A DNA stretch of 64,000 nt from the human T2T-CHM13v2.0 reference genome, Homo sapiens: assembly GCF_009914755.1 (NCBI RefSeq), contig NC_060926.1. One strand, 5' to 3'. A program made the translations under genes and the position numbers. Shown here in pieces: positions 1-17,329 of this stretch (position 1 is the stretch's first letter; the number at the start of each line of letters is the position of its first letter). A model generated the notes under the pieces. That model was given only the letters and a program-made list of their open reading frames with translations, searched no databases and was not told where the DNA came from.

Positions 1-230
<230 letters not shown>

Positions 231-946
231 GCAAATCATCACAACAGAACAAAGCAAAAAAGCAAATGAACCTGTCAGAATAACTGGCTAGCTTTAGAAT
301 TAATGAAAGGCACCAGTGAGTTGGGTATATAAATAACTTATGTATGTCCAGCTATGCTACCAAGTCTTAATTTTACTGTAGTATTGTGGGAGCTTGGGAG
401 CAGGTACACATAAGCTATGCTGGCTAAAAATTCAATGAAACAAAGACTTGGCTACGGGTTTTAAAAAATACTGAGCCAAGCCCACTATCCTTTCTTTTCC
501 ATATGACCAGAGATTTATGATTTTTTTTAATTAATGAAGAAATAAGCACTGTTTTTTTTCTCATAAGGCAGCAATTGAGTTGATGATGAAAACATGCAAA
601 CTTTATCTTTGACCTATTATACATGGCAGATACATGTATACACTCAAGTTAACTCATCACATCATCTATATAAGTAAGGACTCAATAGTGGCTAGAGGGA
701 AGATATGTGCATTTATTAGGAAATGTATAGTCTGGTTCAAGAATACTGACATGAGAAAATAAGCTCACTGGTTAAGCTCTTTTAAACTTTGTTTCCTAAT
801 ACAACAGTATACTTGAAAAAGCTCACCAAGTCTTTCAATTAACATTATTCCACTAGAAAGAGCAATACTGCAAAGAAATGGATATTTAGATCCCTCTCCT
901 TAAAAAACAAAAACAAAAACTGGAGCATATAAAAAATAGTGAAACA

Positions 947-1310
<364 letters not shown>

Positions 1311-1593
1311 TTATGAGCTAATGGTCATATTTAATAGAGATGAAGAACCTTGAAAATTTCTAGCACTCAACCATTTCCTCAGCTGGAAAAGATAGCACTG
1401 GAGGTCCGTATGCAATTTCAAACATACACTTGTGTTAGACGACGTTTTCTTTTGGTAACTGTGACACTTAATACCAGGACACTGCTTAAACATGAATAAC
1501 GATAGGCTATTTAAATATTTTTGAAAAGTTTTCCTTCAGTTGTCCTAGCCTTGAAGGTATGATTCTAAAGATACCATGTTTATAGTCGAATAA

Positions 1594-1925
1594 CTTTTTT
1601 TTTTTTTTGAGACAGGATCTTACTTTGTCAGCTAGGCTAGAGTGCAGTGGCATAATCACAGCTCACTGCACGCAGCTTTGGTCTCCCAGACTCAAGCTAT
1701 CCTCCTGCCTCAGCCTCTGAAGTAGCTGGGACTACAGGCGCAGGCCTCCATGCCTGGCTAATTTTTAAAATATTTCTTGTAGAAACATGGTCTCCCTATG
1801 TTGCCCAGGAAACATGGTCTCCTTATGTTGCCCAGGCTGATCTTGAACCCCTAGGCTCAAGGGATCCTTCTGCCTTGGCCTCCCAAAGTGCTGGGATTAC
1901 AGGCATAGGCAATTGTGCCCAGCCA
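1594..1925 (-). mobile_element. AluJ-like element with internal 27-bp tandem duplication
   Basis: Poly-T start and diverged Alu body; gaaacatggtctcc(c/t)tatgttgcccag occurs at 1782-1808 and 1809-1835. Confidence 0.9.
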
Positions 1926-2454
1926 GTTTCATTAGCTTAATGAAAATATTCCAAATATCTTATTGAAAACAACAACAGAATTCCACTTATATTTGCTTGA
2001 GAACTATATATTTTAAATCTCATAGGACAGGTATTGAATATAGTTCACACTTTTAAAGTAAGATTGTTTTTAAAGTCCTGAAGAATAATATTATAATAAA
2101 ACTGATATAAGACAAACTAGAAAGAAATCCATGTTTATCCCATACAACCACCAGGACCAGATTTAATCCTTGTTTCCTAGAATTTGTCTTCCTTTAGTTC
2201 CTAGAAAGAAAATACCAAAGCATTATTTAATACCTTAATAAATACTTACAGAGCAGAAATTTATAAATTAGTGAAGTAGATGGCAATTGGTGCCCAAGTC
2301 AAATTTGTCATGATTGAGTTGATAAAGTGCCATTAAGATTAAAGGTACCTCTATAAATTACAGCACACGTTTCGGTAATAGACTCATAGATTTTATAATA
2401 TGCATTGTGAATTGCTATTCATGCCTGAAAAAAAAAATTATATTGAGAAAGTTC

Positions 2455-2730
2455 AGCCAAGTGGCTTTAAAAGCAGGCTTTGAAATCAGACTGAGTTCCA
2501 GTCCTGACTCTGACACTTCAATAGCTGTGTGTGCTTGGGAAAATTTAATCTCCCTGACTTTCAGTTTCCTTGTCTGTGAATAATAATAGAAGCTACCTCA
2601 TAAGGTAGCAGTGCAGATTCAGTGAGATAACACATGGAACTTGTTATCTCACTAACTTGTTATCTACTAACACATGGGGCTTAGTATAGTGTCTGGCATA
2701 CAACTGCTTAACAAACATTAGCTATTATTA
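2455..2730 (+). mobile_element. MIR SINE fragment
   Basis: MIR-like core: agctgtgtg..cttgggaaaat..tcagtttccttgtctgtgaa..ataata..ctacctcata. Confidence 0.7.
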
Positions 2731-2950
2731 GCATTAGTATTCTGATAGACTTAATGAACAAAAGTTATAGCAAGAGTCTCTGAATAGGTAACCTTTTAAA
2801 AAGTTAATTTTTCATGTATTTATTACCATAAAATTTTAAAACTATAACTCTCCCTTTTATTCTAGTTAATAGTATATTTTAAATTTAAGAACTAATCTGA
2901 TTCCTGATAAGGGAGTAAGAATATATCTTGAAAACAGAAATAGTTCATTA

Positions 2951-4309
<1,359 letters not shown>

Positions 4310-4437
4310 TCAAGAAACATAGCTTAATTGTTTCTACAATTCAGAACAGTATCCTTTGTTCTTAATACTTTTCATGATTGTACCTTTTACCAGCACATGG
4401 ATGACTAGGTCAGATAGCTGAATTAGCACCTATTTTA

Positions 4438-4867
<430 letters not shown>

Positions 4868-5782
4868 CTATTTTTAGAAGTTTTAGCATTTGGTAGCATA
4901 AAATTCCAAGATTCTAACTTCTCAATATATTCACTCCTTGTTGAGATATCAAAGCTACAACATGCCCAAGTTGAAGTCTTATCATAAAATTTTATAGTAA
5001 GTAAAAAGTACTTGATGAGAACAATATGAGAAACAGGAATTCATATTTCACTTTATGTTGAGTTTAAGTGTAGAACTGCTATTTAAATTTTTAGGAATCA
5101 AGTTTATAATAGATATCAGTAAAATCCTTAACGCTTTGCTCAAGTTCTAGCTAAAGAATTCTACACATCTGATGATTTCGGTTTAAAGAATACAAAACAC
5201 ATAGCTGCACAGTAATGACCATATCCTAACTGCCTTCTTCTAAGAAAAGGGCACATTAAGATATGTGCCACCATTGGTAATACATTTTTTCATTTTCTTT
5301 TTTCTAGAACGCTGATGCCAAAATTTTAATGAGGCACAGAAACTCTTTTGAATAGCTAAGCATTTATCTATATTTGCTAAATAATATTCCCTTAAATTAT
5401 AACTGGACATAACCATGGTTCTATAGGAGGAACAGTATACATTTAACCTTCCTTTTAAATATCTTCCATAACTAGTTCTTTAAGGATGGAAGATGATTAA
5501 GATTAGCAAGGCTACTTCTGAAAACCTGAAATTATTTGTGAGGGAAAAATGGCTACAAGCACTTTAAAATGATGAAATGAAGACATTTAGTGCTTCTTAC
5601 AAAGCTTACAACTAACAAGCCTTTTTAAAATTTTATCTTTACCAACGAACTAACTACAAATGTCACTATTCCCACTTAACAACCATCAACAAGAAAATTA
5701 AACTGAAGAGAAGCTACACATATGTGAAGCTGTTTGCTATGTTTTCCTAGGAGGATAAGAGAAAAGGAAGAAATGATTTTAC

Positions 5783-5802
5783 CTTCTCTTCTTTGAGTCC
5801 AT
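5783..5802 (-). CDS. ALS2: ALS2 coding part of exon 2 (start codon)
   Basis: ATG GAC TCA AAG AAG AGA AG|gtaaaa gives MDSKKR(S), the alsin N-terminus; 20 nt, phase 2, joins exon 3 in frame. Confidence 0.97.
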
Positions 5803-5862
5803 CGGTCAGTGGGAACACTCCATCACCAAATCATTCCTTCTTTACAGAAAGTCTATCAAGAC
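5803..5862 (-). other. ALS2: ALS2 exon 2 5'UTR portion (60 nt)
   Basis: Polypyrimidine tract plus tttag acceptor (AG at 5864-5863); whole exon is 5783-5862 (80 nt). Confidence 0.93.
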
Positions 5863-7436
5863 CTAAACAGTACAAGTAAGGAAAAGAGCAGTAAAAGAAT
5901 ATTTTACCCCTCAGACATTAAAAAAAAAAAAAGCAGCCCTCTAACAAGTGCACATTCACTAGGAAATAAATATGCAGTAAAACTATTTAAACTATTTCAT
6001 ATCTTGCCTGCCAAAGTCAAACATAGGCTGAGCCTGCCCACTAAGCTTATAAAAATGCCCATTGACTGTCAAATGTAATGTCAAAGGAAGAAAAGACTAC
6101 CCACAATTAAGCTGTACTCTTCCAGGCAATAGATTTTGTTTTTTATTATAAAGAAAAAAGTTCAATCTGAAAAATCAATGTGTTAAGTACAAAAAGTACA
6201 CACACATTAAGGGTACTTTTTAAACGCTCTGTCTGGAATGCATGAAGACTTTAATACCAATTAACTCAGATTTTCTAAAATCTCTTCAGTAATGTATCTG
6301 ATTCAAGTAGTTTTAATTTATACTTTTCAGTAATGCACAAAAATTATGTCATTAAAATAGGAAGTTTTCCACTTATTGGAAGAAGGAACATTTTCCCCAA
6401 ATCACCTTCGATTCAGACCAACATGCCTCATAACCCAAACGGTTGAAAGAAAGAAGTCTGAATTTTAAATCAGCTGTTTTAAAATCCACCTTTAATAGAA
6501 AATAGCTGTATGAAAATTATAGTTACAAATATCATGGCCCATCAGTTTAGAAACTCAGTATTTAATAAAATAAGAGATAGAAAAATAAACAGAAATGCTG
6601 AGTGCATTTCAACTCAGAAATCCACATTTGTAAGGGTACCAAAACACAAGAAAACAAAAGCAGTTAGGTCTTATTTGTGTAAACCATAAAAATATTGGGG
6701 CCAAATTTGTGGTTTTTCTGCAAAAGGATATGGAATGGTCACTGTGTTCTGGAAACAGCTCATACTGGCAGGAGTGATCTGGGGTCCATCTGTTTCCTCC
6801 AGGTTGCCTGTGAATTCTTACCATTTCCCATCTGTACATCTGAAGAAAATTACTTTCCACCTAATGCTTATTTTAGAAAGATTATGAATCATTCAAAGTT
6901 GGAAAATGGGTACTATGTTAACAAGAGATATATCTGAATAAATTTAATAAATGATATTCATTTAATAAATACAATTAAGTGCTACTATGCTTTGTCCATG
7001 ATAGTAATTAGCCTTTTGTAAAATGCACAGTTCATGGTGTACAGAGAAATTCTGCCACCAGATCTAATCTGTGCTTATCTATCAGAGATCATGGAGTTAC
7101 TACGCCCTTGATTAAATTTCAACAATAGGTAGCGGAAGCCAGAGAATTATTCTACGAGGATGTGGAAGCACACAAGCACACCTTACTTCACACAACTGAC
7201 ACACTATATGTAAACGGAATTTTGTCCTACTAACAATCAAAAATGTTGAGAATCTTTTGATAAAATGAATAAAGTCAACCTTTATTCTCTCTTAGTGCCA
7301 GATTTTTGAGCACAGTTTTCTTAAAGTTGGTTACACCTTACTCAATATTATTTATCACCACCACTCATTTTTTTTTTAACCTAAATGGAATTAAAACTCT
7401 ACAAACTGTTTTTACAACTTTCTTTTCTTACTTACT

Positions 7437-8270
<834 letters not shown>

Positions 8271-9192
8271 CCTATCTCATTTTGTTTTAATGGTGTTTAA
8301 TATGTTTGACATCTTCCAACAAGATACGTCTGCCTGAAACTCCAATAGGGCAATGAAGAAAACTGATTGCTGAGGAAACATAACTAAAAAGGAATATTGC
8401 AACTAAATGTGGGGATCTTATGTTATTAAAGTTTTATCCTCATATACTTAAGTAAGGGTGGTATTTACCAACTCTATTTAATCTAACATTCTTTCTCAAT
8501 TACGTATCCATCCAGGAAAAGAAAGTAAATGAAAAACTTTTGTCTTTCTAATATTTTTATGATTGTCTCTCCAGGAAATCTATTAAGACTCACCTCAACC
8601 AGTCAAATAGCATTCAAATTTCTGTATGTTATTTCATTGCTTTAACATTTTAAGTTTTTATAAAATTGCCTAATCATAAAACTTCCTCTGGGGATATTTC
8701 TTCCAGAGAAGCTTTAAGGTCTTTATCATTCCTTAAGAGGGCAAGATCCTTGTACTCTGCTGCTTTTCTTCTGTTACAGTAACTTTCCTGCATAGACCTG
8801 TTAACCAGCTCTGATAAAGAAGCCATGTGATGTTGCATAAACAGCATTTACTGTGGGACCCTCTCTTACCTTGCATGGCCTCTCCACAGATAAATGGCAT
8901 CTCCGTAAAATGAGCAAACCAGACTTCAGTCTTCTGAACCGCAGGACACAGCTAGATTCACTTTAAAGCATACCACTCTATCCTTCAAATTATTATCTCC
9001 TTCACAGTGATATGTAAAGTAACAAAACCCCAGGGGGCCCTTTAAACAAAGAGCAAACCTTGCTTCTTAATAAACTGATGCCACTTTTAGACTCCACTGG
9101 ACACACATCCTTCTGTTACATCTAACAGAGAAATAAGTTGTCCTGTACGAGCCAAGGATATCATTTTAATACCATGATCTGGAAGTGCCCTT

Positions 9193-9218
9193 AACAACAA
9201 CAACAACAACAACAACAA
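9193..9218. repeat. (CAA)n microsatellite
   Basis: About 8 tandem AAC/CAA units. Confidence 0.9.
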
Positions 9219-9265
9219 TCTAGTCTAGATGTCCCAACTGTTAGAAAGATGAGCTACAACCATCT

Positions 9266-10075
<810 letters not shown>

Positions 10076-10289
10076 ATGATTTATTTCAATGACGATTTAC
10101 ATTTGTTTCAAAAGTTTTAAACCAATTTTATGGTGAACACTCACGGAGCACCAAAATGAATTTTTGCAAGGAATATCCTGCCTGCAAATACTCCATCGGC
10201 TCATCTTCTCAATGGAGGAAGGAAGCCTGGGTTCTTAAGTTTCATACAATGCTGCCAATTTGGTGAAGAAGAGGTGAATAAATGAGAGA

Positions 10290-11340
10290 TGCTCTGGGGG
10301 CAGAACAACTAGTACTTGGTGATTAGACAAAGGTGGGGGACCAAGGAGAAGCAGGTATCAGAAATGATCCCTGGTTCTGCCTCAAATAGCTGTGTGTTGG
10401 TGGCTCCATTTCCTGAAATGGGCAAGAGTGAGGGAGATACGATTCTGAAGCAAAGATAAGATTCTGGTAGGATAAAATTTATTTTTAAGTTCAAGATGTC
10501 TGTGAGAAACCCAAGAGTACATATTAAGTGAATAGCTGAATATATGAACATGGAGTTCAAGAGAAAAGTCTCAGCAGCTGCTAAACTTGGGAGGGCGTAT
10601 GGATAGTGTTTAAAAACAAGACAATAGATAATGTCATTGGGTATATGGAAAGAGAAAGGAAAGCGCAGTGTCAAGCTTTAAGGAGCTCCTGCGCCTGGAA
10701 GTTGGATAGGATGAGGATCGGACAAAGAGGACTGAGACTGAGAAGTGGTCTGCCGTGGGCACATGAAAGCAAAGGAAAGCACTTCAGGGAGGACGTCAAT
10801 TAGGTCAAGGCAGCTGGGGTCTTGTAAGATAACTAAAGTGTCCATTGGATTTGCCAACACAGGTAACGGCTGAGCATGGCCACAATCTCAGTGGTTTGTT
10901 TGGGCACTGAAAACCAGATTGAAGTAAGCTGAATATAAACAGGAGGTGACAATGTGGAAATATCTTTATTTTCAGTGGGTGATCCTTTTGAAAAATGTTG
11001 AAATGGCAAACAAAGAAATGGAGCAGTAGCTGAAGGGGAATGTGAAAATGAAGGGTTTTCTTTTGCTGGAGGTTGGGGAGATGGGAGGAAGCTGAATATG
11101 TCTGCATGACAAAGGCTGTGGTCCTGGATACAAGGATGATGAGGACAGTGGGCAGAGCCAAAGTCCCAGACAAAGTGAAGGAGGATGCCATCCAGAATAT
11201 ATGTGGGGGGATTGTTTTTTTCATAAGAAGAAAGGTCTACGTTTTTGAAAGAAGAGAGATCACAGGTACAGATATAAGCAGAATTATACATTTTGTGGTG
11301 GGAGGATAAGGGTTCCATATGATGGTACCTGGAAGTGAAG
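10290..11340 (-). mobile_element. L2 LINE fragment
   Basis: Purine-rich decayed L2 signature (ccatttcctgaaatggg..agttcaagatgtctgtgagaaacccaag..ggagttcaagagaaaagtc..gtgtccattggatttg). Confidence 0.7.
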
Positions 11341-12113
11341 AGGACTTCACAGTATGCATGTTGTATAGTCTGTTTCTTTATTTTATCCCGCCCTGCTATA
11401 CATTTTTGTAAGCTGCTTTAAATCCTTTTGGGAAGAAGGCAGGATATAAATAAAAATTTTAAATGTGGTAGAGAAATGTGTTGAGTGTATTATCCCAAAT
11501 GCAAAGAGAAAGTTAAATCATGCAGGATCCTATGTATTCATCTCTACTCAACTATTTTCTGGATAAAGTCTTTTTGGCTTAATTCGGTGAAAGGTAAATT
11601 TGTGAGTCATAAGTATAATAACTTGCAAATGCTTAAATTTCAACCACTAAAACCACATGTATTTTTTTTCATCTACTATGTTCCAGGTATTATGCTAGTC
11701 TAAAATTTCCATGGAAGCAGAGTGACAAATATCGTATTTTCTAGTACATCCCAGCAGCTTAGTCCTGATATATAACAGGTACTCAATAAACATCTGTAAA
11801 TACATGACTTCCTGCCCTTAAGAAATTTCCATACTAGTATGTTCTCTTTCTCATTAGAATAATGGCTCTCTATAGAGTTAGACAGTACCCTTAAGGGATA
11901 AGAAAGCTAATTTACACTAGCAAAACTGGGCCTTCCTAGTCTTATTCTCCTGTCTCAATTACCGGTTTAAAATAGTAAAACAACAGTAATAATTGTAGTT
12001 ATAAGAGTAATGTTAATCAGTGATTAGAATGACAAGACATTCAGATAGAAAGGCAATAAAAATAATAGGTGAGTAAACTGTATCATAATGCCCTGAATGG
12101 AATATAGACATTG

Positions 12114-12309
12114 AGTGACTTGGATACAAAATTACCATAGATTTCATGTAGCCATTAACACTTCCTTTTTAAAGTCTGAGTTGGTTACATTTTATTACAA
12201 TGTAGTAGAGTGACAAGTGATTTGGATACAAAATTACCATCAATTTCCTATAGTCATTAACACCTCCTTTTTAAAGTCTGAGTTGGTTACATATTATTAC
12301 AATGTAGTA
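12114..12309. repeat. Two-copy tandem duplication, period about 102 bp
   Basis: agtga.ttggatacaaaattaccat...ttttaaagtctgagttggttacat.ttattacaatgtagta at 12114-12207 and 12216-12309. Confidence 0.92.
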
Positions 12310-15300
12310 AACCAGAGTTTACACTTTGCAGTAAACAATAACAGAGTCTGGTATTTTACACATGGTAAATGCTTAATAAATAATTTGCTTTTAGAGGCTA
12401 GGTCAATGTTTACACATGGATTATGGTAACCTTTGACTCAAACACCTGACTTACAAATAATCTATACACCAACAACAACTGCTACTTCCTGGATATCCTG
12501 CCACTGAAGCCTTCCCAACCACTGTGGAAGGCTGAGGAAAACTCACCTTGCACTGAAGCCTTGGCCAACTAACCACCAAGAAGGCCACTTGGAACCCCAC
12601 GCCTCTCAGCCTTAACTGCTGCACAGAAAGCATTGCCTGATACCAGTATGGGAGCCAATGAGCCTTCAAATCTTGACTCAGAGTAAGAGAATTCAGTAAA
12701 TTAAGGCATTGGATATATTCGGTAGGCTGGCCTAGAAAGCTACTTATTAGTTATAATGTTGTTACTAATAGGATATGCACTAAGTCACTGATTCAAAATA
12801 TATTTTAAGCTCCTGGAGGTCAGAGACTATGACTTATTCACCGGTATACTCTTGTACCCATAATAATCATTCTGAACAAGCTGGTTACATTTAAGTGAGT
12901 GCTTGAGTGAAAGATACAGCCCCTGATTTTCAGTTGCAATCCACAGACTTCCACGCTATAGATTTCTAGTGCCTGTAATAAAAGTCAGTAACAGATACAA
13001 AAGAAAAAAGTGTCTTCTCCTAATAGAAACTCTCATATATAATTTGCTAAAGGTATATCCTAACAATGAAGACACTTTTATCTCATGTCACTTTAAAAAT
13101 GGTTAAACAACTCAGAGAAGTGTTCCTTTCTCCCTTTCTCCTTAGTACACAGACAGCTTTTGGTGCAATGAGAAACAGGAAGACTTTACAGTCTTTTTTT
13201 AATGCCTTGCTAATTTCATGCTGAAACTTACTGAAACTACACTCTCCTGGTTATGACGATCCTCTAATCGGAAATTATTCATGGTGGAGTGGGGGGAAAG
13301 TGTGTAAACATGGTACAATAAGTTCCCAGCAATGCCCATTTAGCTCTTTTTTGTACCCACTGCATATTTTAAACACATTTTTCAGGATTATTAAATAATA
13401 ATCCCATGATGCATTGTGATGAATATTATAATACTAACAAATGAATTTCAAATTCCCAGGTACTGCCACTATTTGTGCCTGTTATTACATGGTACAGTGA
13501 ATGTCCTGGTAAGTCCTGACACAAACTACTTATTCCGTTAATATTTGCAACTACTCTCTTATTAAAATGGCCACAATTTTTTCAAAGGCAATATTAGATT
13601 TACAGTTCAAAGTATGATGACTTCTTTCACCAACTGATAACAGTGCTTAGGATCATTCAGGGGCCACATAACTAAACAGGAAATACACATACTAAAAAAT
13701 ATTATTCTCGTGATACAAGTTTCACTTGCTTTAATAGTGCTAGTAGCAGGTTCTCTTTATTAGAAATAAAAATATTGTTTAACTCACAAGTTTAAATACT
13801 GAGGTTACATTAGGGATCAGCTACTAAACGTATTATTCATTAGTCAACCATTTAACACATTGTCATCAGGTTACTTACTAATATCTATAGAGACAACTAT
13901 TTTCTTTGAGCAACAACTGGGATACTTGCATTCAAGGTATAAACTCAAGATAACTACGTTGTAATAAAATGTAACCAAGTTAAGCTTTTCAAAGTGTTAA
14001 TGCTAATACTACACAAATCTGTAGTAATTTTGTATCTGAGTCACAACATGTCCAAATTCCTTTGAGGGCCTTATTATACAACTTGCTCCCCTATACTTCC
14101 AGAGTTCATGATTGGTATATGCCTACATTTCCCAAGCATCTCTAGAATGTTAATTCCCCTGCAGGCTTCATGTCCTAAAGAAAGCATTTTCCCAGGAGCA
14201 CAAACAGCAAAGCAAAACTGACCAAATAATTGGTCTGTCTCCTCTCCTTAGAAAAGCTTTACATAGTGGAGCTGCACTGGCACATTCCTTTCTTATTGCA
14301 GGGAAAGAAGAGTTCTTTTTCCACAGTCTCCTAATTTGAGGGTACAAAGTAAAATAAAGCAAACATATTGGGAAACAGTCCTGATTATAAATAAAAATGT
14401 TAAAGTGCTAGTTTCACAAACTATCTTAACTATACATAAAACTGTAAAAATAAATAACAAATCTATGTACTCATCATCCAGTTTTAACACATATTAACAT
14501 ATTTTCATATTGGCTTCAGCTCTTTTTTAAAACACAAGAAAAAATAAGTTACAGAGGTGAAGAAACTCCACTCAGAATTAGTTACTATTTCTAAAGTTAA
14601 TGTATCCCATTCCCACGTTTTCATATTTACTTTTATGTACTTTCATTAGATATACACATATCAATAAATAATGCATGCTATTATGTTGCTTTCAAAGTGT
14701 ACACAAATGCATCTTACTGTATAAATCCTTTAGCATTTTGCTTTTTTCACCCAGTATTACATACTTGAGATGTATATATGTTGGTAAGTATAGATCTAGC
14801 TCATTCATTTTTATGAGAAGATAGTATTGAATTGCATGAATAAACCAGTTTATCCATTTCCCCACTAATCTTTACAGTTGGATTGCTCTACTTTATTGCT
14901 CTTTTAAAGAGCTGCTATAATCATCCTTGTTATATGTTTGCTTAGCCAATTGCCCCAAGTTTAGTTAAGATCTTGGCTCTACAAAAATTTAGGCTGTGGA
15001 AGAAAAAAAAATCCTGGAGTGAATGTTAGCCCACCCAAATGCCATTATTGGGTCTAAACCACTCCCTTCCTGATAGGGAGGCCATGTGAACTGAAGAACT
15101 GTGTGATGACTCAAAAGAAAAATATTTAAAATGTGATAATTAAGGGAAACATGAGATGATCAATTTGTGGAATTAATGAGATGAAAGCTGATCTTCTCTC
15201 TGGACATAATTCACTAGCAGCTAAGCGAAACTCTGCCAACAAACCCCAGTCTTTTTCTCATAGGTATTGAGAAAACTGTAAATTTTCTTCAAATTTGAAA

Positions 15301-17329
15301 GAAATATACAATAGCTCCAAAAACTACCAATTTAAATATTTTTTCCTCTACCCACCTGGATCAATCAGTTCAGCTACATGCAGGCAAACATCAAGACATA
15401 AGCTAAAGAAAGCACCATCACATATACAGATGAATAAGAGACAGGGAAAGGAAAATTAAATGCAATATGAAAAAGAAACAAGCCAGAGATTGTTGCTATT
15501 TTATTGATGACTACCTAACATTTTCTTAAGGACTGACACCCTACAAAACCGAGTACTTTCTTATTACAGACAACAAAATTGTTTGGTCATCAATGAAGGG
15601 TTAAGAGAAAAAAATCTGTTAAAACTCTCTACCAGGAAAATTCATATCCTGAATACACTTGAAATACGTGGTAGATTTAATTCCACAAAGTTATAAAAAG
15701 AGCTAAATGATTTAAAAGTCACAAATCCTCACAGCATGCCTCTGAGTGAGAAAGGTACCTCATAGTACCCAAAGCGGGCCTTCCTTTATACAAGCTTAAA
15801 AATCACCACTCTGCCTTTCTTCCTAGTTTTTCAACTCATACTTTACCTAGTCTCACATTAATAAATAATTGTAGATTTTTACAAGTCAGTCACATTTTTG
15901 AGATTATCATTAGAATGGACCCAGCAGCTACTGCTTTAAACCCAGTTTTCATGAAAAGGTAGGAGATTCCACCTAATTACAAAAACACTAACATCAAGAC
16001 TCATTGAAGTTCTTAGCATACCCTTTGCTTCTTTAACAGTCAAAGTGCCCAAAGTAAGTGTTTCAAATGACAGCCCAAATTCTGAAAAACTGAAATTTGG
16101 AGAGAAGGGATTCCTGTTTATATTGAGTACATTTAAAAAGTAAATGGCCTGCATAATGCCACTCAAGTTTTGTTTTTTTCCCAAAATTATCGGTTTGGTA
16201 TTTCATTTTTCTGGATCATTACAGTTTCAAATTTTAACACTGTTAAACAACTTTGACGTTTTCTTGCTATAATTATGAATTTTAAATCTGCTAATACTGG
16301 TCATAGTTTAGAAACTAATAAATTCAAACCATGTATAGATTCTGTCAGTATCTTTTTCACATTAAAATGTCCTTATGGAACACCAAAATTACTACAGAAC
16401 AACTTGAAATCATATTTTATAGCTACTTCCTTAAAATATTCAGTTCCCTTCCCCATCACTTAAGAAAAGAGTCAGTTTGGATCATGATGTAGTGGGAGGA
16501 ATTAATTATAAAAACAGCTAATATGTATTGAATATTTACCATAAAACAGGCACTGTAATAAATACGATACATGAACCATTACATGTAAAGGTACTGTTAT
16601 CAGGAAAACATTTTTATCCCCAATTTAGAGACAAGAGAACTGAGGCAGAGAGATTAAATAACTTGCCCAAAATCAAAGATGTAAATGGATGTGACTCTGG
16701 GTATGTTCAGATACAAAGCCTAGAATCTTAACCACTATGCTTATGTTATCAAGGTTAAAACACCGTAGTTTACTGCAAAAAATTTTTCACTGCTTTAAAT
16801 TATTCATTAACTCAAAGGTCAACCGGTCACTCCAAATCATATGATAAATGGGGGGGAAAATGTGGGACCAATAGGTTTGCTGAAGTTTTGTACCTGCTCA
16901 GAATAAACATATCACACAATTTTATTCCATATAGCCAAATATAAGGGTAACTGAGTAAAGATCTTCACTTGGGTACAGCAGTCAGTTCCTTCTCCATCCT
17001 AAACCAGAAAGAAAGCACTGTTCTTGGATATGCCACTTCAACAAGAGTGTTTTTTCTCTTCCACCATCAAAGCCTTAAGCAATAGAACGATTCTACCAGT
17101 CTACTGTTGCCTGTCTCCAAAGCAGCCCTATTATCCGAGGACGAACACCAGCGTCAAGGACCTGTGTTATTTTTCTGGCTTCGCTTCTCAAAATAACTTA
17201 TCTTCTCCTCTTGATGAATTACTTGATAGGCTCAAAGACTTGCCTAAACTACTAATTCTTATTATCAAAGCTATTTTCTTTCTCCGCAACCGCCTTTTCA
17301 AGTAGCCCTTGGTCCACTCTTCAACGCGA

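Noticed and set aside
10805-11318. 139- and 161-aa minus-strand ORFs
   Set aside because: They lie in a decayed L2 fragment; no intact reverse transcriptase or other domain motifs.
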